From NCBI GenBank assembly GCA_001916005.1, contig MNRP01000055.1, positions 123,298 to 187,297 on the forward strand: DNA of 64,000 nt, read 5' to 3'. Position 1 is the first letter of the stretch; every line of letters begins with the position of its first letter. Source of the stretch: Clostridium sp. 26_22. GTDB lineage: Bacteria; Bacillota; Clostridia; TANB77; CAG-508. The position numbers were made by a program, and so were the translations under genes. Below, in pieces: positions 30,161 through 41,240 of this stretch. The notes beneath the pieces were generated by a model. That model did not search any database. It was not told where the DNA came from and worked only from the letters and a program-made list of their open reading frames with translations.

Positions 30161-30295
30161 TTTCAATTAACAATATTAATAACCTCATTTTTATTGACAA
30201 AACCCTAATTTAAATATAAAATAAATGCAGAATTTTTAAGCAAAAAATTACAAAAAATTTCAAATAAAAAAATAATCAAAACGGGAGAAAAAATA

Positions 30296-31087
30296 ATGGA
30301 ATTCATAAAAACAATATTAAAAAATAGAAGCATAATATGGAAACTAGGAAAAAGCGACTTCAAAAACAGATTTGCAAGTACAAGCTTAGGAAGTATATGG
30401 GGATTTTTACAACCATTTATATTCCAAATGATGTATGTATTTGTATTTCAATACGTATTTAAATCACCAGGAGAGGCAGGAGCACCATATGTTGTATGGT
30501 TCTTACCAGGAATGGCAATATGGCAATGCTTAAATGACAGCATAATGAGTGCAAGTAATTCAATAAGGAGTTATAGTTATTTAGTAAAAAAAGTAATATT
30601 TCCAGTAGATGCAATACCAATTATATCATTAATAGGAAGTAGCTTTGTATCAATATTCTTATTTATAATTGCAACAGCAGTATGTATAGCCTTCAAATTT
30701 GTACCAAATGTATGGATTGTTTTATACATAATTTTTGCTACATATGCATTTATCATAGCATTTACAAGATTAACATCAGCAATAACAACATTAGTACCAG
30801 ACTTTTCAAACTTATTAGGAATATTAATGCAATTATTTTTCTGGGCAACACCAGTAGTTTGGAGCTTAACAAGACTTGCTGATCATCCAACTATGCTAAA
30901 CATAATGCAATATATGCCATTTTCATATTTAGTAACAGGATTTAGACAAGCCTTTATGGGTGGAGATATAATAACAGCAAATCATGGAATTTACACAATA
31001 GTATTTTGGGTAATAACAATATTAATGTTTGTATGGGGAAACCATGTATTTAACAAAAATAAAAAAGATTTTGCAGATGTATTATAA
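30296..31087 (+). CDS. wzm: ABC-2 type polysaccharide export permease (Wzm/TagG family)
   Basis: Six TM helices and the N-terminal motif FKNRFASTSLGSIWGFLQP typical of Wzm/TagG/RfbD permeases. Confidence 0.8.
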   Translation: MEFIKTILKNRSIIWKLGKSDFKNRFASTSLGSIWGFLQPFIFQMMYVFVFQYVFKSPGEAGAPYVVWFLPGMAIWQCLNDSIMSASNSIRSYSYLVKKVIFPVDAIPIISLIGSSFVSIFLFIIATAVCIAFKFVPNVWIVLYIIFATYAFIIAFTRLTSAITTLVPDFSNLLGILMQLFFWATPVVWSLTRLADHPTMLNIMQYMPFSYLVTGFRQAFMGGDIITANHGIYTIVFWVITILMFVWGNHVFNKNKKDFADVL

Positions 31088-31113
31088 TTACTAAATAAAC
31101 AAGAGGAATAAAA

Positions 31114-32091
31114 ATGGAAGAAAAAATAGATATATTATTAGCAACATATAATGGTGAAAAATATGTGGCTGAACAAATTGAAAGTATATTGAACCAAACA
31201 TACAAAAATTTTAATTTAATAATATCTGATGATAACTCAAGTGATAATACACCTAAGATTTTAGAAGATTATGCAAAAAAAGATAGTAGAATAATCTTAA
31301 ATCTTCAAGAAAAAAATTTAGGAGTAGTAAAAAATATAGAATTTTTATTGAAACAAGTGCAAAATGAATATTATATGCTTTCAGACCAAGATGATGTATG
31401 GCTTGAACAAAAAGTAGAAAAATCTTTAGAAATCTTAAAAAATGAAAATGCAGATTTAGTTTTTGGTGATTTAGAAATAGTAGATGAAAATTTAAAAACA
31501 ATTCATCCATCTTTTAGTGATTTTATGTCATTAACAAAAAAGATAGAAAAAAACATAAACAATTATAAATTAAATTATTTATATAATTGCATAACAGGAT
31601 GTACAATTTTATCTAAGAAAAAATATTTAGAAAAAATTTTACCATTACCAGATACTTCAAGCCATTTAATACATGACCATTGGATTGGCTTAATGGTGTC
31701 TTTGAATGGTAAAATTGCTTATATGAATAAAGCTTATATAAAATACAGACAACATGGAGATAACCAAGTTGGAACAGATAAGCTTTCATATAAATTAAGA
31801 ACTCTAGAAGAAATAAGAGAACATTTTATAAAAGTAAAATTAGGAGTGTTTGGAGTATATGTAGAAAATAACGAAAAATTTCCAAAAGAACTTCAAACAT
31901 TAAATAAACAAGCCTTAGAATATTTTAATATGGTACAAAAAAAGAAAAATGTGAATTTTAGAAAGTGGAATATTTTTTATAAGTTATATAAAACAGAAAG
32001 CTTTAAATATTATATGCTAAACTTCATAATAATTAATTTACCAATATTAGGAAAATTATTATTTAATATAAGAAAAACCATTAAAAAATAA
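31114..32091 (+). CDS. Family 2 glycosyltransferase (rhamnosyltransferase-like)
   Basis: ILLATYNGEKYVAEQIESILNQTYKNFNLIISDDNSSDNT. Confidence 0.8.
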   Translation: MEEKIDILLATYNGEKYVAEQIESILNQTYKNFNLIISDDNSSDNTPKILEDYAKKDSRIILNLQEKNLGVVKNIEFLLKQVQNEYYMLSDQDDVWLEQKVEKSLEILKNENADLVFGDLEIVDENLKTIHPSFSDFMSLTKKIEKNINNYKLNYLYNCITGCTILSKKKYLEKILPLPDTSSHLIHDHWIGLMVSLNGKIAYMNKAYIKYRQHGDNQVGTDKLSYKLRTLEEIREHFIKVKLGVFGVYVENNEKFPKELQTLNKQALEYFNMVQKKKNVNFRKWNIFYKLYKTESFKYYMLNFIIINLPILGKLLFNIRKTIKK

Positions 32092-32121
32092 AAGGGACAA
32101 TAAACCGGAGGAAAGTAAAAA

Positions 32122-33450
32122 ATGAATAAAGAAGAAAATTCTGAAAACATGATTGAAATTAAAAATTTAAGAAAAGATTACAAAATGTATAAAAGTAAAA
32201 AAGCTAGATTATTAGAAGCTGTACTTCCTTTTTATCAAAATCATGGTACATTTAGTGCAATAAATGATTTAGATTTAACTTTAAAAAAAGGTGAAGTATT
32301 AGGAATTCTAGGAAAAAATGGAGCTGGAAAATCAACTTTATTAAAAATGATAACAGGAGTTGTAGCACCAACAAGTGGAACAATAAAAGTTAATGGGAAA
32401 ATAAGTTCATTATTAGAATTAGGAGCAGCTTTTAACTCAGATTTAACAGGGCTGGAAAATATATATCAACATGGACAAGTTATGGGATTAACAAATGAAC
32501 AAATAGAAGCAACAAAACAAGACATAATAGACTTTGCGGATATAGGAGACCATCTATATCAACCAGTAAAAACATATTCATCAGGAATGTTTGCAAGACT
32601 AGCTTTTGCGTGTGCAATAAATGTAGACCCAGATATATTAATAGTTGATGAAGTTTTATCAGTTGGAGATATGGCTTTCCAATTAAAATGCTTCAAAAAA
32701 TTTGAACAATTCAAAAAAAGAGGAAAAACAATTCTTTTTGTTACACATAATATAACAGATGTAATAAGAAATTGTACAAGAACAATTATTATAAATGATG
32801 GTAAAAAAATATATGATGGAGATGTAAAAGGCGGAGTTGAAAGATATAAAAAAATTATTGTAAAATTAGATTCTGATAGACAAGAAATAGACAAAAAAGA
32901 AAAAATAAAAAATGAACAAGAAAAAGACCTAATCCAAAACAAAGTAACAGATAAAGATGAATGGAAGAAAAACTATACAATAAATCCTAACATAATAGAA
33001 TACGGAAACGGTCAAGCAGACTTAATAGATTTTGGTATTTTTGATGCAAATGGAAATATATTAACATCAATTCCGAATGACAAAGAAATTGTTTTAAAAT
33101 CAAAAGTTGTATTTAATGAAAGAGTAACAGACCCAATATTCACAATGACAGTAAAGGATTTTAAAGGTTTAGACCTTATGGGAACAAATACCTTAATAGA
33201 AAAAATTGTAACAGGAACATTTGAAAAAGGAGATACGGCTATAGCTGAATTCAAACAAAGAATAAGTTTAGCACCAAATAAATATACATTATCATTTAGT
33301 TGTACACATTTTAACGGTAATGGAGAATTAGAGGTACTAAGTAGAAAATATGATGCTTTATTAGTAGAAATAACATCAAATAAAGATACTGTAGGACTAT
33401 ATAGAATAGATTCAGATATAAATGTTACAAAAATAGAAGGGGAAAAATAA
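32122..33450 (+). CDS. wzt: Polysaccharide ABC exporter ATP-binding protein (Wzt/TagH-like) with C-terminal extension domain
   Basis: Walker A GKNGAGKST, signature YSSGMFARLAF, Walker B ILIVDE. ~200-aa C-terminal beta-rich domain. Confidence 0.85.
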   Translation: MNKEENSENMIEIKNLRKDYKMYKSKKARLLEAVLPFYQNHGTFSAINDLDLTLKKGEVLGILGKNGAGKSTLLKMITGVVAPTSGTIKVNGKISSLLELGAAFNSDLTGLENIYQHGQVMGLTNEQIEATKQDIIDFADIGDHLYQPVKTYSSGMFARLAFACAINVDPDILIVDEVLSVGDMAFQLKCFKKFEQFKKRGKTILFVTHNITDVIRNCTRTIIINDGKKIYDGDVKGGVERYKKIIVKLDSDRQEIDKKEKIKNEQEKDLIQNKVTDKDEWKKNYTINPNIIEYGNGQADLIDFGIFDANGNILTSIPNDKEIVLKSKVVFNERVTDPIFTMTVKDFKGLDLMGTNTLIEKIVTGTFEKGDTAIAEFKQRISLAPNKYTLSFSCTHFNGNGELEVLSRKYDALLVEITSNKDTVGLYRIDSDINVTKIEGEK

Positions 33451-33451
33451 T

Positions 33452-34354
33452 ATGAAAAAGAAAAATAAAATTGTAAAAATAATAGCAATTTTAGTTTTAA
33501 TAATTTTAGTAATAGGCACAGGTCTATACATAAAAAGAAGAAATAATTACATATATATAACACAATTTTCTCCAACTACATCAAGACAAATGATGGGATA
33601 TGCAATAAAAACTTTAAATGGAAAAATAGTTGTAATAGATGGTGGGTTACAAGAAGATGCACAGCAACTAGAAAAATACATTACAGATAATGGTGGAGAA
33701 GTAGATACATGGTTTATCACACATCCACATATTGACCATGCAGGAGCTTTTGAGATAATTTCACAAAATACCTCAATAAAAATTAATAAAATCTATATGT
33801 CAATAGAAGACAAAGATTGGTATTTAACAAATGAACCATCAAGAACAATAGATATAGAAGAATTTTTCAAAGTAATAAATCAAGAAAAAATAGCAGAAAA
33901 GATAATAGAACCACAAGTAAATGATATTATAAAAATTGATAATATTACAGCAAAAATTCTAGGAACAAAAAATCCAGAAATAACTACAAATGCTATAAAT
34001 AATTCAAGCATGGTAATACAAATACAAGTTAACCAAAAGAAAATATTATTTTTAGGGGATACAGGAACTGAAAGTAGTGAAAAATTAATAAAAAATCAAG
34101 GAAAAAATTTAAAATCAGATATAGTTCAAGTCGCACACCATGGTCAAGCAGGAGCGACAGAAGAATTATACAAAATAGTAAATCCTAAAATATGTTTATG
34201 GCCAACTATAGATTGGTTGTGGGACAATATAGCAGATGGAAAGAAAAATGCAGGACCATTTAAAACAATGGAAACAAGACAGTGGATGGAAAATCTAAAA
34301 GTAAAACAAAATTACTTAGCGCAAGATGGAATAAAATTAATAAAAATATTCTAA
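33452..34354 (+). CDS. Membrane-anchored MBL-fold metallo-hydrolase
   Basis: N-terminal TM, then THPHIDHAG zinc-binding motif. Confidence 0.6.
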   Translation: MKKKNKIVKIIAILVLIILVIGTGLYIKRRNNYIYITQFSPTTSRQMMGYAIKTLNGKIVVIDGGLQEDAQQLEKYITDNGGEVDTWFITHPHIDHAGAFEIISQNTSIKINKIYMSIEDKDWYLTNEPSRTIDIEEFFKVINQEKIAEKIIEPQVNDIIKIDNITAKILGTKNPEITTNAINNSSMVIQIQVNQKKILFLGDTGTESSEKLIKNQGKNLKSDIVQVAHHGQAGATEELYKIVNPKICLWPTIDWLWDNIADGKKNAGPFKTMETRQWMENLKVKQNYLAQDGIKLIKIF

Positions 34355-34379
34355 CCAGAAAATTAAGGAGGGGGATTTG

Positions 34380-36098
34380 ATGGTTATAGATGAAGAAATA
34401 GACTTAAAAAGAAATGTATTACAATGGTACCCAATAAAAGAAAATAGCACAATTTTGCAAATAGGTTTTGAAAGCTATGAAGTAATTGATGAAATGTGCA
34501 AAAAAGCAGAAGATGTAACACTAATTGTAAACAGTGAAGAACAAAAAGAAAAAATATTACAAAAAGCAAAATATGAAAATTTAGAAATAATAGTGGAACA
34601 AGACCTAGAAAAAATAGAACAAAAATATGATTATGTATCATTAATAGGAACCATTAAAATCTACCAAGACATATTAGAAGAAAAGGCATATAAAAGATTA
34701 CAAAAATTATTAAAAATTGCAAATAAAATTTGTAAAGATACAGGGAAAATTTTATTAACAGTAGACAATAAATATGGAATGAAATTCTGGACAACAATGT
34801 ATGCACAAAAAAATATACTGTGTAATCAAAAATTTGCATTAAGCAAAACAATGATAGAACAATTACTAAAAGAAGCAAATCTTACAAATTACAAATTTTA
34901 TTATATGTTACCAGATTATAAAATAACAAATGTAATTTTTACAGATAATTTCTTACCAAATGTAGAAAGCATACATAGAGATTTTACATATGGAGAAGAA
35001 GAATTTGCTAACTTCAATGAAATAGAAGGATTTGGGGAAATATTAAAAGAAAATAAAGAATTATTTAAATTCTATTCAAATTCATATTTTATAGAAATTG
35101 GAAAAAATAATTTAGAAGAAAATGATATAAAATTTGTTACATACACAAATATTAGAAAAGAAAAATATAGAATAAAAACAATAATATATAAAGACAGAGT
35201 AGAAAAAACATATAATAACGAAAAAGCAGAAGCACATATAAATCAAATAAAAAGAAATATAGACATAATGAATGAATTGAAAATAAAAACCTTAGATACA
35301 TATGAAAATGAAAAAATAATCAGTAAATATGTTGAAAATGGAAAAAGTTATGATAAAATCCTATTAGAATATTTGGAACAAGAAAACAACGAAAAGTTCT
35401 TTTCAGAAATAAAAACATATCAAAATAGAATAACAAAAATATTGAAAAACGTCGACTATGTACAAATAAAAGAAAATAATGTATTTACAAAATATAATGT
35501 TGATTGTGAAGAAGAATTATTAGAAAAACTTCATTTTGTAAAGCATGGATTATGGGATTTAATTTTTCAAAATGCATTTTATATAAATAATGATTTATAT
35601 TTCTATGACCAAGAATGGTATGAAGAAAACATACCAGTAGAATATATAATTTATAGAGCAATTGCATATTTCCCAAATGCACACGCATATATACCAACAA
35701 ATAAATTATATGAAACCTTAGAAATTGAAAAATATATTCAAATATTCCAAGAGCTAGACAATAAAATACAAGATGAAATTAGAGATAACAAAATATGGGA
35801 ATGTCATAACAGAACAAAAACAGGACAAACATTAATGGATTTATATTACAATTTACAGAAAGAATATGTAAATTATAAAAAAGAACATGAGAATATTAAT
35901 ATAGATGAATTAGTAAAAGAAAACACACAATTAAAAAATAAAAATATTGAATTAGAAAAACAAAAAGAAAATTTTGTAAATGAAACAAAAAGCTTAACAG
36001 ATACAGTAAATGTATTAAAAGGTCTAAATGACAGAATGGCAAATTCAGCATCGTGGAAAATAACAAAACCACTTCGCTGGATTAGAAGAAAATTTTAG
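34380..36098 (+). CDS. Putative class I SAM-methyltransferase-like N-terminal domain protein with long middle region and C-terminal coiled coil. Candidate chain-length regulator or terminator of the ABC-dependent pathway.
   Basis: MTase-like motifs (ILQIGFES, DYVSLIGTI, GKILLTVDNKYG). C-terminal heptad region ELVKENTQLKNKNIELEKQKENFVNETKSLTDTVNVLKGLNDRMANSASWKITKPLRWIRRKF. Confidence 0.4.
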   Translation: MVIDEEIDLKRNVLQWYPIKENSTILQIGFESYEVIDEMCKKAEDVTLIVNSEEQKEKILQKAKYENLEIIVEQDLEKIEQKYDYVSLIGTIKIYQDILEEKAYKRLQKLLKIANKICKDTGKILLTVDNKYGMKFWTTMYAQKNILCNQKFALSKTMIEQLLKEANLTNYKFYYMLPDYKITNVIFTDNFLPNVESIHRDFTYGEEEFANFNEIEGFGEILKENKELFKFYSNSYFIEIGKNNLEENDIKFVTYTNIRKEKYRIKTIIYKDRVEKTYNNEKAEAHINQIKRNIDIMNELKIKTLDTYENEKIISKYVENGKSYDKILLEYLEQENNEKFFSEIKTYQNRITKILKNVDYVQIKENNVFTKYNVDCEEELLEKLHFVKHGLWDLIFQNAFYINNDLYFYDQEWYEENIPVEYIIYRAIAYFPNAHAYIPTNKLYETLEIEKYIQIFQELDNKIQDEIRDNKIWECHNRTKTGQTLMDLYYNLQKEYVNYKKEHENINIDELVKENTQLKNKNIELEKQKENFVNETKSLTDTVNVLKGLNDRMANSASWKITKPLRWIRRKF

Positions 36099-36121
36099 GG
36101 GATTATTATAGGAGGAAAAAA

Positions 36122-37963
36122 GTGAGAAGATTACAAAATATAATAAATCAAGTTAGATATTATTTTAAAAAATATGGGTTTGTAAAAACAGTAAAAAAGG
36201 TTGTTTTAAAAACATATACAAAAATATTTAGAAGAGAACAAGAAGCACATCTTGTAAGTGAAAGAGAAAAATATCAAATATGGATTAAAAATAATGAACC
36301 AGATGAAAAAAAATTAGAAGAACAAAAAAATACAAAATTTAAAATAGAACCTAAATTCAGTTTAGTTGTTCCAATGTACAACACACCGGTAAACTTTTTT
36401 GAAGAATTAGTAGATTGTTTAATTAATCAAACATATTCAAATTGGGAACTTTGTTTAGCAGATGGAAGTCCAAAAGAAAATGAAGAAATAAAACCAATAT
36501 TAGAAAAGGATGAAAGAATTAAATATAAATTTTTAAACGAAAATAAAGGGATTTCAGGTAATACAAATGAAGCTCTAAAATTAGCAACAGGAGATTATAT
36601 AGCATTACTTGATCATGATGATTTAATACCAAGATTTTGTTTATATGAACTTACAAAAACAATAAATGAACATCCAGATGTAGAATTTATATACACAGAT
36701 GAAGATAAAATTGAAACAACACAAGCAACAAGAAGAGACCCACATTTTAAACCAGATTTTGCAATAGATACTCTACGTTCAAATAATTATATAACACATT
36801 TATCTGTATTTAAAAAAGAATTAATGGACAAGTTAGGTGGATTTAGAGACAAATATAATGGAGCACAAGACTTTGATATTATAATGAGAGCATGTGAAGA
36901 AAGCAAAAAAATAATACATATACCAAAGGTTTTATATCATTGGAGAGTACATCCAAACTCAACAGCAATGGTAGCAGATGCAAAACCATATGCTTATGAG
37001 GCAGGAATAAAAGTAATAGAAGACCATTTAGAAAGACAAGGCTTAAAAGCAAAAGTAACACATGGTGGAGATATACCAGGAGTATACGAAGTAGAATACG
37101 AAGTAGAAGGAAATCCAAAAGTTTCTATAATAATACCAAACAAAGACAGTGTAAAAATATTAAAAAACTGTATAAATTCAATATTAAAACTTACAACATA
37201 TGACAACTATGAAATAGTAATAGTAGAAAATAATAGTACAAATCCAAAAACATTTGATTATTATGAAATGATACAAAAATTAGATAAAGTTAGAGTTGTA
37301 AAATATGAAGAAAAAGGCTTTAATTATTCTAAAATAATAAATTTCGGAGTTAAAAATTGTCCAGACAGTGAATTTGTAGTTCAATTAAATAGTGACACAG
37401 AATTATTAACACCAAACTGGTTAGAAAAATTTATTGGTTATGCACAAAGAAAAGATGTCGGAGCAGTTGGAGCAAGACTATATTATGAAGATAAATCAAT
37501 ACAACATGCAGGAATTGGAATAGCAATATGCGATTTAGCAGCAAACTTACTTACAAATACACCAAATGGTTTCCATGCATACTTTGGAAGAGAATGCTTA
37601 ACACAAGATTTATCAGCAGTTACAGGAGCATGTCTATTCTCAAGAAGAAGCATATATGAAGAAGTAGGTTATATGGATGAAGAAAACTTTGCAGTAGCAC
37701 TTAATGATGTTGACTTTTGTTTAAAAATTAGACAAAAAGGTTACTTGATAGTATATAATCCATATGTAGAATTTATGCATTATGAATCAAAAACAAGAGG
37801 CTATGAAGATTCGCCAGAAAAACAAGCAAGATTTGAAAGAGAGTGCAATAATTTTAGAACAAAATGGAGAAAAGTGTTAGATGCTGGTGACCCATATTCT
37901 AATATAAACTTTGATAAAAATACTGCACAATACAATGTCAGAACAGATAAAATAGAATATTAA
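36122..37963 (+). CDS. Glycosyltransferase with tandem GT2 domains (polymerase-like)
   Basis: GTG start. First GT2 FSLVVPMYNTPVNFFEELVDCLINQTYSNWELCLADGS with DHDD. Second GT2 VSIIIPNKDSVKILKNCINSILKLTTYDNYEIVIVENNS. Confidence 0.75.
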   Translation: MRRLQNIINQVRYYFKKYGFVKTVKKVVLKTYTKIFRREQEAHLVSEREKYQIWIKNNEPDEKKLEEQKNTKFKIEPKFSLVVPMYNTPVNFFEELVDCLINQTYSNWELCLADGSPKENEEIKPILEKDERIKYKFLNENKGISGNTNEALKLATGDYIALLDHDDLIPRFCLYELTKTINEHPDVEFIYTDEDKIETTQATRRDPHFKPDFAIDTLRSNNYITHLSVFKKELMDKLGGFRDKYNGAQDFDIIMRACEESKKIIHIPKVLYHWRVHPNSTAMVADAKPYAYEAGIKVIEDHLERQGLKAKVTHGGDIPGVYEVEYEVEGNPKVSIIIPNKDSVKILKNCINSILKLTTYDNYEIVIVENNSTNPKTFDYYEMIQKLDKVRVVKYEEKGFNYSKIINFGVKNCPDSEFVVQLNSDTELLTPNWLEKFIGYAQRKDVGAVGARLYYEDKSIQHAGIGIAICDLAANLLTNTPNGFHAYFGRECLTQDLSAVTGACLFSRRSIYEEVGYMDEENFAVALNDVDFCLKIRQKGYLIVYNPYVEFMHYESKTRGYEDSPEKQARFERECNNFRTKWRKVLDAGDPYSNINFDKNTAQYNVRTDKIEY

Positions 37964-37986
37964 AAATCAATTAAGGAGAAGGTTTA

Positions 37987-40131
37987 ATGACTGAAAAAAT
38001 AAAGAAATTTATAAAAAAAGGAAATTATACAAAAACAAAAATAGTGTTATTGATTTTAATATCCATTATAGGAGCATTTATATTAACATCAATTGCAAGA
38101 AGAGGCTTTATTTGGGATAGAATACCAATTTTAACAGTTATTTTATTTTTTGCAGGATCACATTTTATATTCAATATAAAAGAACTTTACAATAATATAT
38201 ATAAATATAGATTTTATATAGCTGGTATAGTACTAATATATGCAGTGCTAATGGGTTACTCTGGTTCTTCAATAGGTATTTATAATGATATTATTCAACC
38301 AAATAACAGAGAAATATATTATAGTCCAATATTTGGCGATAGTCGAACAATAAGAACCGATGAATGGGCTGTAAATGCACCAAGTTTTGTTTCTCAATGT
38401 GTAGACCCTAACGGAAATAATTATTCATATTATCATGATAGTTTGAGAGGAACAAAAACAGAAATGTTTTCTCAATTAAATCAACCAATTTTAGATATAT
38501 TATCAATAGGAAAACCATTTACACTTGGAGCTCTTATTTTAGGAGCTTCAAGAGGATATTCTTTTTTATGGGCAGCAAGTATTATTGCTTTATTATTGGT
38601 ATCATTTGAATTTTGTATGGTGATATCAAAAAATAATAAATTAGCCTCACTTTTGGGAATGCTACTTATATCTTTTTCGGCATCAACACAATGGTGGCAA
38701 TGTTATAATATTTTTACATGGGGAATGTTAGCTATAGTATTATTTGATAAATTTATGCTAACAAAGAAATTTAGTACAAAAATTTTATGCTCTATAGGGA
38801 TATTTATTTCGGGAATATCATATATATTCTATTTTTATCCAACTTGGCAAGTTCCTTATGGATATATATATTTAGCAGTATTGATTTGGGTAATAATAAA
38901 GAATTGGAAAGAATACAAAATAAACAAAAAAGATATATTATTAATTATTGCAATAATATTAGCAATAGGAGCAATATTAGGAATATATTTTGTGAAATCA
39001 GCAGATGCTTTAAAATTAATAACAGGAACAGATTATCCAGGAAAAAGATTTGAAACTGGTGGAAAAGAAATAAAAACAATCTTTTCTTATGTATATTCAA
39101 TAATCTTCCCATATAAAATAGATACAATTGTTAATCCATGTGAATTATCAAGCATGATATCATTTTATCCAATCCCAATGCTAATAGCATTAATTTATTT
39201 AGTAAGGAACATTAAGACTAAAAAACACTTTTCATTTTTAATACCAATGCTAATAATTAGTATAGTATATTCTATATTTATGGTATTTGGAGTAAATGAA
39301 ATGTTTGCAAAGATAACACTTTTATATATGACACCTGCAGGAAGACTAGCAGTACCATTAGGATTTAGCCAAATATTACTAATAGTTTATATGTTAGGAA
39401 ACTTCACAAAAGAGGATATCATACTAAAAAATGAAATTATAAAAAAAGCGGGAACAGTATTAGCATCAATATCAATAATGTACATAGCTTTAAAGACAGA
39501 TATGAATATTTTGCAAAACCATCCAATGTATATCTATATTTGTGGACTTATATTGGTATATGGAATATATCAAATTGTAAATATAAATGAAGAAAAAAAC
39601 AAAAAAAGATTAATAATGTTATTAATGCCAGTAGCCATATTAACTGGGGCAACAGTACATCCAATTCAAAAAGGAATAAGTGTTTTAACGGACAAACCAG
39701 TAGCCCAAAAAACACAAGAAATAGTATCACAAGATAAAGAAAATAATTTATGGATTTGTGATTCAACAAACTTTATGACAAATAATTATTTACTAGCAAG
39801 TGGAGCAAAAATAATAAATTCAACAAATTTGTATACAAATTTTGATTTATATAAAACAGTTTTAGGAGAAGAAGAAAGTCAAAAACCTGAAGTTAGATAT
39901 GTATACAATAGATATTCTCATATTAATATGGAAATAACTGAAGATAAAAACGATATTGAATTGGTTCAACAAGATAGCATAAAAATATCTTTAACTTCAG
40001 AAAAAATAAGAGAATTAGGGGTTAAATATATTTTAACAACAAGAGATTTAGATCAATTTGATACAGAAGATGTGAAATATCAAAAAATATATGATGAAGA
40101 TGGTATGATTATATATCATGTAGAATATTAA
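37987..40131 (+). CDS. Large polytopic membrane protein (714 aa), possibly a GT-C-type glycosyltransferase or polymerase
   Basis: More than 10 predicted TM helices plus soluble segments. Located in the glycosylation locus. No sequence motif confirmed. Confidence 0.4.
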   Translation: MTEKIKKFIKKGNYTKTKIVLLILISIIGAFILTSIARRGFIWDRIPILTVILFFAGSHFIFNIKELYNNIYKYRFYIAGIVLIYAVLMGYSGSSIGIYNDIIQPNNREIYYSPIFGDSRTIRTDEWAVNAPSFVSQCVDPNGNNYSYYHDSLRGTKTEMFSQLNQPILDILSIGKPFTLGALILGASRGYSFLWAASIIALLLVSFEFCMVISKNNKLASLLGMLLISFSASTQWWQCYNIFTWGMLAIVLFDKFMLTKKFSTKILCSIGIFISGISYIFYFYPTWQVPYGYIYLAVLIWVIIKNWKEYKINKKDILLIIAIILAIGAILGIYFVKSADALKLITGTDYPGKRFETGGKEIKTIFSYVYSIIFPYKIDTIVNPCELSSMISFYPIPMLIALIYLVRNIKTKKHFSFLIPMLIISIVYSIFMVFGVNEMFAKITLLYMTPAGRLAVPLGFSQILLIVYMLGNFTKEDIILKNEIIKKAGTVLASISIMYIALKTDMNILQNHPMYIYICGLILVYGIYQIVNINEEKNKKRLIMLLMPVAILTGATVHPIQKGISVLTDKPVAQKTQEIVSQDKENNLWICDSTNFMTNNYLLASGAKIINSTNLYTNFDLYKTVLGEEESQKPEVRYVYNRYSHINMEITEDKNDIELVQQDSIKISLTSEKIRELGVKYILTTRDLDQFDTEDVKYQKIYDEDGMIIYHVEY

Positions 40132-40172
40132 AATAGCATTTGTTAATTTTGAAAGGATAGAATAAAGAAAAT

Positions 40173-40862
40173 ATGAAAGTTTTAATAATAATACCAGCTT
40201 ATAACGAAGCACAAAACATAGAAAAAACAGTAAAAGATGTTACAGAAAACACAGACTATGACTATATAGTTATTAATGACTGTTCAAAAGATAATACAAA
40301 AGAAGTATGTGAAAAAAATAACTTCAATATGTTATCATTACCAATAAATTATGGTTTGACAAGCGGTATACAATTAGGAATGAAATATGCATATCAAAAT
40401 GGTTATGACATAGCAATACAATTTGATGGAGATGGACAACATCAAGCAAAATATTTAAAAGATTTAGTGAATGAAATAGAAAAAAATAATGTAGATGTAG
40501 CAATAGGTTCAAGGTTTGTAACAGAAAAGAAACCAGTTACAACAAGAATGATAGGAAGCAGATTAATATCTTTCAATATAAAATTAACAACTGGAAAAAC
40601 AATAAAAGATCCTACATCTGGAATGAGAGCATACAACCAAAAAGCAATATGGGAATTTAACAGAAATGCTAGTTTAACACCAGAACCAGATACTTTAGTA
40701 TATATGATTAAAAAAGGATTAAAAATAAAAGAAGTTCAAGTTGAAATGAAAGAAAGAGAATTTGGAGAAAGTTATTTAAATCCAATACGTTCTATAAAAT
40801 ATATGATGAATATGATATTTTCTATATTATTTATAAGATCAATAACAAGAAAAAACAAATAG
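40173..40862 (+). CDS. GT2 polyprenyl-phosphate glycosyltransferase (GtrB/ArnC-like, short form)
   Basis: IIIPAYNEAQNIEKTVKDV...VINDCSKDNT and DGDGQH motifs. Single C-terminal TM. Confidence 0.7.
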   Translation: MKVLIIIPAYNEAQNIEKTVKDVTENTDYDYIVINDCSKDNTKEVCEKNNFNMLSLPINYGLTSGIQLGMKYAYQNGYDIAIQFDGDGQHQAKYLKDLVNEIEKNNVDVAIGSRFVTEKKPVTTRMIGSRLISFNIKLTTGKTIKDPTSGMRAYNQKAIWEFNRNASLTPEPDTLVYMIKKGLKIKEVQVEMKEREFGESYLNPIRSIKYMMNMIFSILFIRSITRKNK

Positions 40863-40874
40863 AGGTGAAAAAAT

Positions 40875-41216
40875 ATGTCAGTAACATTAAGAGTAATATT
40901 AATAGTATGTTCTTTTATATCATTTTTCTTATGTATAAAGAAAATAAAACAATCAAAACTAAAAGTTGCAAATTCTGTAACATGGATGCTAGGTAGTATT
41001 ATACTAATACTAATGAGTATATTCTCAAATGCAGTAGCATGGTTATCACAAAAATTAGGATTTCTAGCACCAGTAAATTTTGTATTCTTAGTAATGATAG
41101 CGTTTTTATTAATACAAGTATTTATTGACAATATACATATAACTGAATTAAATGAAAAAATAAAAGATTTAGATCACTATATAGCATTAAAAGAACACAA
41201 AGACAATAATAAATAG
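40875..41216 (+). CDS. Small membrane protein (DUF2304-like) commonly paired with GT2 enzymes
   Basis: 113 aa, three TM helices, C-terminal amphipathic helix. Confidence 0.4.
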   Translation: MSVTLRVILIVCSFISFFLCIKKIKQSKLKVANSVTWMLGSIILILMSIFSNAVAWLSQKLGFLAPVNFVFLVMIAFLLIQVFIDNIHITELNEKIKDLDHYIALKEHKDNNK

Positions 41217-41240
41217 TTATATATGAGAGGAACTAATAAA

